A stretch of DNA of 64,000 bases, taken from positions 2,200,009 through 2,264,008 of the forward strand of contig OZ243980.1 of NCBI GenBank assembly GCA_965214875.1, in the 5' to 3' direction. The notes under the pieces were generated by a model, which worked only from the letters and a program-made list of their open reading frames with translations, ran no database searches and was not told the origin of the DNA. This stretch comes from Arenicellales bacterium (GTDB lineage Bacteria > Pseudomonadota > Gammaproteobacteria > Arenicellales > JAJDZL01). A program made the translations under genes and the position numbers. Shown here one piece after another: positions 39,594 through 47,372 of the stretch; positions within the stretch are counted from its first letter, which is position 1, and each line of letters begins with the position of its first letter.

Positions 39594-42409
39594 TGTACTG
39601 GTTCAATACATATGAGACTTTTCAGGCAGCAAGCGCGCTTTGGTCGAAGTTTTCATTATACGCCTGCATGGGCGTGCGTTGTCCGAGCGCCTGATGCCCA
39701 AAATCCGCGTTAGAGATTTTTTTGGGGCGGATTTTGCCGAAATCCGGGGCGCGGAGAGATTTTGGCGTTCGCCGCGGCGATGCCGGGCGGGTTTGCGGGC
39801 TGGACGCGGCCGGAAAGGGCGGAGGAGCGGAACCGGGGCGAAAGATCAATGACAGTCCGCAACGCGCCGGGATGCAACCGATTTTTTTGTCGTGCGCGCG
39901 ATGCTTTTTTTTTTGCGTTTCCGGCGGCTACGGCGCCAGGGCCATCGCCCGGATCATGCCGATGGCGTCGCTAAGCCGCCGCGCCGCCCGCGCGTCGCAC
40001 AGCTTCAAGGCCCGGCCTCGGGCATGGCGCACGATCTTGCCCGCCCTGCAGTAGAGCCGCCGGCGAAAGGTCTCGATGCGCATCGACTCGCAGCTCGCGT
40101 CCAGCACGTGGCGCATCAGCGCGAACAGGTTGAACGCGAGCATGCGCAGCGCGGAATGCAGCGCGTTGGCATGGAAGTCGCTGCACGGGGGATGCGCCGC
40201 GCCGAAGCCGCTGCGAAGCTCGCGGATGCGGTTTTCGGAGTCGTCGCCCCTGCGGCTGTCAGTGGATCACCCGCGAGTCGCTCCACCGGCAGAAGCTGGT
40301 CGCCAGCGCCCGGTAGATGTAGCCGCCCTGCGACAGGGTGTCGCCGGCCTGCGGGCAATCGAGCTCGAGCTCCTGCTGGCCGGATTTTCTAAGCCGCTGC
40401 ACACCGCCGCGAACGCTTCGGGCGTGTCGTTCATCGAGTGCAGGAACCGCGCCGTCTGCTGCGCCAGGCTCGCCGTCCCGTCGCGCTCGATGAAGGGCTG
40501 CCGCCGCGACTCGTCCAGCGCCCCGGTCTGCCCGGCCACGCTTTGGTCGAGCCTGCGCGGATCGCGTAGCCGATTCCCCGGCTCGTGAAGCGGTTGATGA
40601 TCCTCGCCTGATACCCCGCCGCGTCGATGCGGGCGCGACGCGCCTCGGCCCTTGGGCAGGGCGCGCTCGCACTGGCGGACGAACTCGCAGTTGCGCGCGT
40701 TCGGCGCGGCCGAGCCGCCCCGAAACTCCGCACCCGCCGCCATGCCGGTCTCGGCGATATGGCCGACGATCGGCATGCAGCCCCGCTCCTTCTTGCATGT
40801 GGACTCCGCCGAAGACTTCTCGCAGCGCCGCGGTCGCGTCGATGTCCAGGGCCGCCCTTTTCCGATGGTGCGGCGCGACCGCCAGCAGCCGGCGGTCCGC
40901 CAGCTGCAGGGCATGCAGCGTGCGGCGCTGCGCTCCGCAGCGCCGCAGCCACCGGCCCAAGGCATCGTCGCCCGGCAGCCGGCGGATGCCGAGCAGCTCC
41001 AGCAGCGGCCGCTCCTCGCGCAGCTGCGCCACTCCGCTCAGATGCCGCGAGCCCTCGTGCATCATCAGCATGAACGTCGCCGGTTGCGCCCCCGGGCGCA
41101 AGCCGCGGTTGCTGCCCGGCCCCGGCATCAGCCGCTCGAAATGGGTGTCGAGCCCCAGCTTGCGCATCAGCTCGGCCAGCGCCGCCAGGCCGCTTCGCGA
41201 AGCCGATTTGTCTTTCGTGGTCGAAATCTTGTATGATTGGATGTCCATAAAGCCTTGCTCCGATCGGGTCCACCCAACGAGTGAAATATCGTTTTGCTAA
41301 AAACCCCCATTGTACAAGGCTTTATCCCCTTTTGCAGCTACCCTAACGCGATTTTAAGGTGATGCGGCCGGTAGGCGTTGTAGAAGCGCTCGAATTCGGC
41401 CAGCTCGACGTTCAGCGCGCCCACGCTCAGCTCGCCGGCGTAGAACTGGTGGAACTCGTAGCGGCCGGCGGCGTTGGCGCACTCGACGCAGCCATTGCAA
41501 ATGGGGCTTCTGGGCGGCAGCACGAACAGGGCGATGCCGCGCCGCTGGCAGGCGGTCTCGAACTCGGCCATGAACTCGCTGCCGCCGTCGACCTGCATCG
41601 ACTCGATATCGAACGGCGCCTGGCGGATCAGATGGTCCAGGAACTTCGAGGCGCAGGCGGCGGTGGCGCGCGAGTAGGCGCGCACATAGCAAAGCTTCGA
41701 GACCGGGCACACCGCCTTGAATTCCTTGACGCAGAAGCCGGCCTCGATGGCGACGCTCAGGTGGTCGATCTGGACCATCTGGCCGGGCTTTCGGCCGCGG
41801 TCGCCGTAGCGCCAGCGGCGGGCGTGGCGGTCGAACTTGCGCCGCCGCTTGGGTTTCACGCGCCCGCAGTGGAACGCGACGGGCTCGGCCCGGCCGGTGC
41901 GGACCAGGCGGGCGATCATGCGTCCGGTGGTGGAGGCGCTGGGCGCGAAGCCGCGCTCGCGCGCCAGCACGGCGCGGATCTTGGCGCGCCCCCGCAGCGG
42001 GAAGCGCTGCCGCGCCTGGCGCACCAGCTCGAGCTCGGCGGCAGCGGTTGGCCAGGGCGCGGACGCCCTGCTCGCGCAGGCGCCGCTTCCAGCGATACAG
42101 CGTCGCCGGAGCAGCCGGCCGCTTTGAGCGCGGCGCGTTCCGAGGCGCCTTCGCTGCGAAGCTCGTCGTAGAGCCGGATCAGGTCGAAGCGCTCGGCGGC
42201 CTGGGTCGAAACGGGTTCGCGGATCGGATCGATGCGATAAAATCTGCGGTGCGGAGATTTGATTTGCATGGTGCGTCCTCCCGCCTTTCGGCGATGGTTT
42301 TTGTTTAGCTCCATGCTACCTGAAAAATTTTCGCGCCGCCCGCCTCCTCCCTTCGGACTGCGTCCTTCGGGAGGAGGCGGGCGGTCTCATATGTATCTGA
42401 ACCCGGACA
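39594..42409 (-). mobile_element. IS481-like element (integrase-core DDE transposase), disrupted by the IS1380 copy and frameshifted
   Basis: Ends TGTACTGGTTCAATACATATGAGAC (39594) and GTCTCATATGTATCTGAACCCGGACA (ending 42409). The transposase reads MQIKSPHRRFYRIDP... then, after a frameshift near 42090, ...QIDHLSV...DGGSEFMAEF...FYNAYRPHH. It is cut at 41360 and resumes as QALGQRTPMQAYNENFDQSALAA at 39691-39622. Confidence 0.8.
39697..41359 (-). mobile_element. IS1380-family insertion sequence, degenerate copy 2 (1,663 bp), nested in the IS481-like element
   Basis: Same terminal repeats as copy 1, flanked by a 5-bp direct duplication TGATG (39692-39696 and 41360-41364). Removing the element and one TGATG restores the ...RPHQALGQ... 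reading frame seen intact at 46200. Its transposase shows the same frame breaks as copy 1. Confidence 0.85.
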
Positions 42410-43104
42410 CGTTCAACGCAAATCCCCACCCTCCCCCCTAAATTGCAGGCAACGCAATTTAAAAGAGCTCTCTTAAAGCTTCTGAAAAGTGCGCCAGCAA
42501 TTTTGAAATGATCCACTGAATGGCTGGTTTCTGTTCGAACGCTAGACGATACCGCATCTTGGCAATTGACTCATCCGCCAAAAGGACAAATGCCTTCAAG
42601 CAGCCTGATTGCATCCGCTTTAAGACGATTCTTTCGAATCGGCATCTTCACAGGGCGAAAGACGTGAACCAATTGCATTGTCGGCTGAGCACTATCCATG
42701 CGACAGTCGCGACCTATGACGGAGGAAGATTGCCGCGAGAAATCTCGCAGGAATGCTGGAATCGTCTACCGAATCTTCCAAGCCACGGATATCTGCATTC
42801 GGATTAAATTCGAATGGCTGAATCTAGAATATACGGTGTTCATCTGGTTGTCCCGAAGCACATGGGCCAACTGAGTGCTGGGTCATGCCTCGTAGGCCGG
42901 TTCGCGGGGCGGAGGCATTTTCGCATTGCTGCATGGCTGTCCTTTGAGAATCGCTTGAAATTCGTACGCATGGGGGCAAAAATGGGTAAAATCATGCTTC
43001 AACAGGTCGAGTAGCCCTCATGGTCAGGAACGCGCCATTTGCGCGACCGGAAGTCCGAGCCGGCCGAGAAAAGTATCAAATCTCAATTCAGATCAGGTGA
43101 AGCA

Positions 43105-43956
43105 ATGGCGAATGGTTCTGCAGCAGCGGATGAAATCTGGGAGCTCATGAGGGAGTTCAGGCTCGACCTGCGCGCAAGCCAGGAAGAAACGGCCGCGCTA
43201 CGCAAAGAGGCAACCGAGCACCGGGAAGAAGAGGCCAAGCGACGGGAAGAAGAGGCCAAGCGACGGGAAGAAGAGGCCAAGCGACGGGAAGAAGAGGCCA
43301 AGCGACGGGAAGAAGAGGCGGCCGCGCGGCGGAAGGAAGAGGCTGAGCGGCAGAGGAAATTCGACAAGGGCATGGAGGAGCTTCGCGCGGCTCAGAAGGA
43401 GACCGAGAGGGTGGTGCGTGAGGTGGCCGAGGAGCAGAGAAAAACCGACCGGCAACAGCAAGAGACCGACCGGCAGCTGAAAGAGACCGACCGGCAGCTG
43501 AAAGCGACCGACAGCCGTTTCAACACCCAGTGGGGGCGGCTGGTGGAGTCGCTGGTGGAGGGCAGCCTGGTGCCGCTTTTGCGGGCTCGCGGCATCGAGG
43601 TGCGCCAGACCTCCCGCCGGGTGGAGGTGGAGTTCCGCACACCAGGCGGCGAGCGCAAGCAAAAGGAATTCGACATCTTGGTAGTCAATGGCGACGAGGC
43701 GGTGGCGGTGGAGGTCAAGACGACCCTGACTCCGGACATGGTGAAATATTTCTTGTCGGCGATGGAGGATTTCAAGCGCTATTTCCCGGACTACGGGCAC
43801 AAGCGGGTGTACGGCGCGGTGGCGTATTTGAGAAGCGAGTCGGAGGCGGCGAAGTACGCCGAGCGGCAGGGGCTGTTCGTGGTGCGGGCGACCGGGGACA
43901 GCGCGAGCATCGTCAATGCGGAGTGGTTCGTGCCCAAGGCGTTCCCTTCTCGATGA
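43105..43956 (+). CDS. Heptad-repeat coiled-coil protein with a C-terminal PD-(D/E)XK nuclease-like domain (reminiscent of DUF3782-type proteins)
   Basis: The likely start is ATG 43105 (MANGSAAADEIWELMREF), preceded by AGGTGA. It has four tandem REEEAKR heptads and tandem ETDRQLK heptads. The C-terminal region reads WGRLVESLVEG...KEFDILVVNGDEAVAVEVKTTL, giving a D...E-x-K arrangement. Confidence 0.6.
   Translation: MANGSAAADEIWELMREFRLDLRASQEETAALRKEATEHREEEAKRREEEAKRREEEAKRREEEAKRREEEAAARRKEEAERQRKFDKGMEELRAAQKETERVVREVAEEQRKTDRQQQETDRQLKETDRQLKATDSRFNTQWGRLVESLVEGSLVPLLRARGIEVRQTSRRVEVEFRTPGGERKQKEFDILVVNGDEAVAVEVKTTLTPDMVKYFLSAMEDFKRYFPDYGHKRVYGAVAYLRSESEAAKYAERQGLFVVRATGDSASIVNAEWFVPKAFPSR
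43223..43306. repeat. 21-bp tandem repeat, four perfect units (GGGAAGAAGAGGCCAAGCGAC) plus a partial fifth; in frame
   Basis: Read directly from 43223-43306. A second 21-bp repeat (AGAGACCGACCGGCAGCTGAA, two copies) lies at about 43460-43503. Confidence 0.9.
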
Positions 43957-44385
43957 GCGGGCGGCTGAAGTGATTCTTCTCGGCTTGCCCGCACACGGTC
44001 TTCGGCGGATGTCGAGATTCGGCCTCGTCCCCAATAGCCGCCGGTGTGCTGATGCCCGACCGCCGCAATCTTCAGCTCCAGAACATCCATCGCGTCCTTT
44101 TTCCGATCGATTCAATCCCGATGAATAAACCACACATGGAATCTTTTCAACAGCCCACCCTCGGAAGTCCATCACTCCAGTTCGGCAAATCGACATGAGT
44201 AAAAAACAACTCTGCGGTTTACTACAATATCGTGAACCAGTTGCGCCTATCAACGTTTCCATAAACGACCGCTTCTTTTTGCGAGCAAATCCATCAAGAC
44301 AACAACTCAGCGGTGTGCAAGCGCAATACGATATCCGACAGCCGCAATCGATTCTGATGCGTCAATTCGCTTTTATCATCACGTT

Positions 44386-44776
44386 TCAACTTGAGCGAGT
44401 CGCAGGCCTTTGATTCTGCGACTCGCCGCTGAAAAGTCGCAACACGTGCCGGCTTGGAGCAACAAACCCATCGCACCATCCCGTCTTCCGCTTCAAGCCG
44501 AGAGGTGTCACCGCCCGGACAGCACTGTCCCGCTTTCGATAGCCGACATAGAGGAATTTGTCGTTGATATCACCGATATCCATACCAGATCACATTATCT
44601 TTTACAGAGATGGTCATATCTTCTGCATTTAAATCTATGCAGACTTCGGTGGCATCTGCATCCCACGAGTTTGTAATGGTTTCAGATATGACGGCGGGAG
44701 TGTTGCTGTAAAGATGCAACCCCATGTGATTTAGCACATCAAGGCTGATACGTATTGCATATGGATTATTGTTCAT
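44386..44776 (-). pseudogene. GHKL (HATPase_c_3 / MORC-like) ATPase remnant, frameshifted and truncated
   Basis: The N-terminus ISLDVLNHMGLHLYSNTPAVISETITNSWDADATEVCIDL...ISVKDN is followed, in another frame, by DIGDINDKFLYVGYRKR. The reading frame then decays. It overlaps the stop of the upstream C5-methyltransferase by 11 nt. Confidence 0.65.
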
Positions 44777-45800
44777 TTAATGCTCCCATAATCGACAAGC
44801 CGATAGCTCGTCCCAAATTCACTGGAACAGCATTTCCGATATGGCGGGAAAGTTCACGGACCGTCATCGGATTATTTTCATCAACCAGAGAATAATCGCC
44901 GGGAAAAGTCTGCAACAAAGCGCCTTCTCGAACCGATATGGCCCGATTCTGCTCTGGATGACCAAATCGTCCAGTACTGTAGTAACAAAACTGTGTCGTG
45001 ATCGTGGGCGCGAGATCATCCCAGGACATTCTCCCGCACGGAGCAGGGTAGTGGCTTTTTCTTTGGCAATCGTTAACCAGCCCCTCTTCCCAGTCTTTCC
45101 ATGACCCGCCGGGCCGTGACTGGATAATTCTTTTTTTATTCATGGGTGACAGTGGCAAGGAAACATGTGCAGGATCGTCAGGATGAGACAAACCTTCTGC
45201 GATTGGAGGGAGATTGCCTATGCAGTCACCTACAGTAGCCGGTGCCGCGGTTCGTTTCAGCATGGATATCGGTCCAAGGCGGGAAGCCAGTAAAACCAAA
45301 CGTCGGCGTTTTTGCGGCACTCCATGAAACTCGCATCGCACCACAGCATGATTTGTTGCATAGCCTGAGGCATCAAGCATTTCGACGAAGTCATGAAAAA
45401 ACCGGTGTCTTTGAAGTCCCGGAACATTTTCCATTGAAACGAAATCTGGCATCCCCTCTTTGGCCAACTTGGCAAATTTTTCTACCAGCGAACAGTCGGC
45501 ATCGGATTTCGGTCTGCATCTGTTATGACCGGAAAATGGCTGGCAAAGCGCGTATCCCACAAGCGCGGTAATGTCAGCACCTTCGTAATAATGCTCGATT
45601 TCCTTGAAATCGATTAGCCGTATATCCCGATGAACAAATTCCGCCCCAGCATTGTTGGACTCGAACCCGTATTGACAACTCGGATCAATATCAAATCCAG
45701 CCTTGACAGCAACCCCTGCCATCTGCAGGCCATGAGTTAGTCCCCCGATACCGCAAAAAAGATCAACCGCACCAATTGCGACGGGCTTTTGCTGGCGCAT
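44766..45800 (-). CDS. DNA (cytosine-5)-methyltransferase
   Basis: Motif I VDLFCGIGGLTHGL, motif IV region GYALCQPFS (Leu where the canonical P-C-Q has Pro), motif VI ENVPGL, RAISVREGALLQTFPGDY, and motif X GNAVPV. The probable start is ATG 45800 (MRQQKP), preceded by AGGAG. The track ORF runs on to 45965. Confidence 0.85.
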   Translation of the reverse strand: MRQQKPVAIGAVDLFCGIGGLTHGLQMAGVAVKAGFDIDPSCQYGFESNNAGAEFVHRDIRLIDFKEIEHYYEGADITALVGYALCQPFSGHNRCRPKSDADCSLVEKFAKLAKEGMPDFVSMENVPGLQRHRFFHDFVEMLDASGYATNHAVVRCEFHGVPQKRRRLVLLASRLGPISMLKRTAAPATVGDCIGNLPPIAEGLSHPDDPAHVSLPLSPMNKKRIIQSRPGGSWKDWEEGLVNDCQRKSHYPAPCGRMSWDDLAPTITTQFCYYSTGRFGHPEQNRAISVREGALLQTFPGDYSLVDENNPMTVRELSRHIGNAVPVNLGRAIGLSIMGALNEQ

Positions 45801-46031
45801 CACGACTCCTGACATCGCATTTTGTTTTAAGACTAACGCATTTTCGTTAGCATTATTACTTAGATTCCCGATTATATGTAAACCAGCAAAGTACCGAATC
45901 GTTGAATTTCCGCGCTTTATAGCGAAGGTTTCAGTTTTCCGAATCCATAAAACAGGCTCGCTCATGATAGCAATTAGGAAATTCTTGATGCTCCATCATC
46001 CAAAAGCGCAAGGTCTTTCCATCAGCAAAAT

Positions 46032-46315
46032 CGCCTGCCAGCACCGCGGCATCGCGCTGCCGCCCAAAAGCCCCAAGCATAGCGGCTGCGTGGGGCGCGC
46101 CAACGCCGCCGGCCGATACGAGTTCCACCAGTTCTACGCCGGCGAGCTCAGCGTCGGCGCCCTGAACGTCGAGCTGGCCAAATTCGAGCGCTTCTACAAC
46201 GCCTATCGGCCGCATCAGGCGCTCGGACAACGCACGCCCATGCAGGCGTATAATAAAAACTTCAAACAAAGCGCGCTTGCCGCCTGAAAAGTCTCATATG
46301 TATTGAACCAGTACA
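46032..46315 (+). mobile_element. 3'-terminal fragment of the IS481-like element
   Basis: Encodes ...ACQHRGIALPPKSPKHSGCVGRANAAGRYEFHQFYAGELSVGALNVELAKFERFYNAYRPHQALGQRTPMQAYNKNFKQSALAA and ends with the IS terminus GTCTCATATGTATTGAACCAGTACA. Confidence 0.8.
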
Positions 46316-46320
46316 CAGGA

Positions 46321-46350
46321 TTGACTTCGGCATTCAACTTGTGGTATAGT
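46321..46350 (+). promoter_or_regulatory. Candidate sigma-70 promoter for the formate-dehydrogenase operon
   Basis: TTGACT (46321-46326), an 18-nt spacer, then TATAGT (46345-46350). It lies about 95 nt upstream of the probable GTG start of the TorD-like gene. Confidence 0.4.
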
Positions 46351-46443
46351 GAAGTTGCAATAGTTGCAGAAAGGCGAGCAGCCAAACAATAAAAATCGCC
46401 TTCTGCCAGCTTGCCAAGACACAAGCCAAGAGGAGAGAAAAGA

Positions 46444-47064
46444 GTGGTGCAACCGGCTCACTCGAGATTCGACGATGATGCGCGCGAACAGCAATTGCGC
46501 ATCAACTACTATTACCTCCTGTCTCAGCTTCTTTGCAAAACGCCAACGAAGCAGCTCCTGTCAAATATCGCCAAGCTCGGCACTGCCCAAGCCGATGCGG
46601 CCGGCGAATTCGCCGCCGCGCTCGCACAGCTCGCCGAAGCTTCGGCAAAGGTGGCTGATCTTGAGACGCTCGATGACGAATTTCACGATCTTTTCGTTGG
46701 ACTCGGGCGTGGCGAAATTCTGCCCTACGCGTCATGGTACGCAACAGGAATGCTGATGGACAAGCCTTTGAGCCTAGTTCGCCAAGACCTTAAAGCGCTA
46801 GGCATAGAGCGAACCGAAGATCATCGTGAACCCGAAGACCATCTCGCCGCGCTGTTTGACACGATGGGATTTCTGATCGATCCAAGCGCGGAATTCGAAT
46901 TCAAGGCGCAGCAGACTTTCTTTGATCGGCATATCAGATCATGGGCGCGCAGGTTCTTCAAAGACTTGATGAAAGCGCGCAAAGCGAACTATTACAAGAA
47001 CGTCGGTCGATTCGGCCTCGAATTTATCGACTTCGAAGCAGAATACCTATCCATGCCCGGCTAG
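46444..47064 (+). CDS. TorD/DmsD-family redox-enzyme maturation chaperone
   Basis: ...ILPYASWYATGMLMDKPLSLVRQDLKALGIERTEDHREPEDHLAALFDTM... is typical of the TorD family. The probable GTG start at 46444 lies 8 nt after AGGAG. Confidence 0.7.
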   Translation: MVQPAHSRFDDDAREQQLRINYYYLLSQLLCKTPTKQLLSNIAKLGTAQADAAGEFAAALAQLAEASAKVADLETLDDEFHDLFVGLGRGEILPYASWYATGMLMDKPLSLVRQDLKALGIERTEDHREPEDHLAALFDTMGFLIDPSAEFEFKAQQTFFDRHIRSWARRFFKDLMKARKANYYKNVGRFGLEFIDFEAEYLSMPG

Positions 47065-47126
47065 TTGCGGGATGTTTGATATGTATATGATGTCATGACA
47101 AAACCAGTACTAAGAGGAGACGCATT

Positions 47127-47336
47127 ATGAAACGTAGCAGTCATGTCGAACGGGAGTCCCGGCGCGATGCGCTTAAAGGCTTGGCGGTGCTTAGCGGCGC
47201 TGCGGCAGCAGCCGCTGTTGCAGGCAATGCAGCAGCATCGGCGCAACAAGCCGAGCAAGAGCATCTTCCGCCGCCGGCGCTCGGTTATCGCGAAACCGAT
47301 CATATTCGTGAATATTATCGCCACGCGCGATTCTAG
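47127..47336 (+). CDS. Small twin-arginine protein of the 'formate dehydrogenase region TAT target' type
   Basis: SRRDALKG twin-arginine motif, an Ala-rich h-region, and the C-terminal YRETDHIREYYRHARF. It sits directly upstream of the catalytic subunit. Confidence 0.7.
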   Translation: MKRSSHVERESRRDALKGLAVLSGAAAAAAVAGNAAASAQQAEQEHLPPPALGYRETDHIREYYRHARF

Positions 47337-47372
47337 ATCATAGAACTCGATAGTTTAGGAGATTACTTCAAC

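Noticed and set aside
42410-43104. Short ORFs between the IS481-like end and the coiled-coil gene (42316-42516, 42520-42807, 42814-43014), and the 43957-44385 stretch.
   Set aside because: There are no motifs and no convincing ribosome-binding sites, and the frames are fragmented. These are probably relics of genes destroyed by the surrounding insertions.
43223-43306. Regular 21-bp repeats here and at 32814-32876, considered as a possible CRISPR or other non-coding array.
   Set aside because: The units are contiguous with no spacers and are multiples of 3. They translate in frame into heptads inside ORFs. No cas genes are present.
43198-44262. A 354-aa minus-strand ORF opposite the coiled-coil/PD-(D/E)XK gene.
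   Set aside because: It is the antisense translation of the heptad repeats (LGLFFPS repeated), has no motifs, and extends through non-coding DNA. The plus-strand gene has the RBS and the domain signatures.
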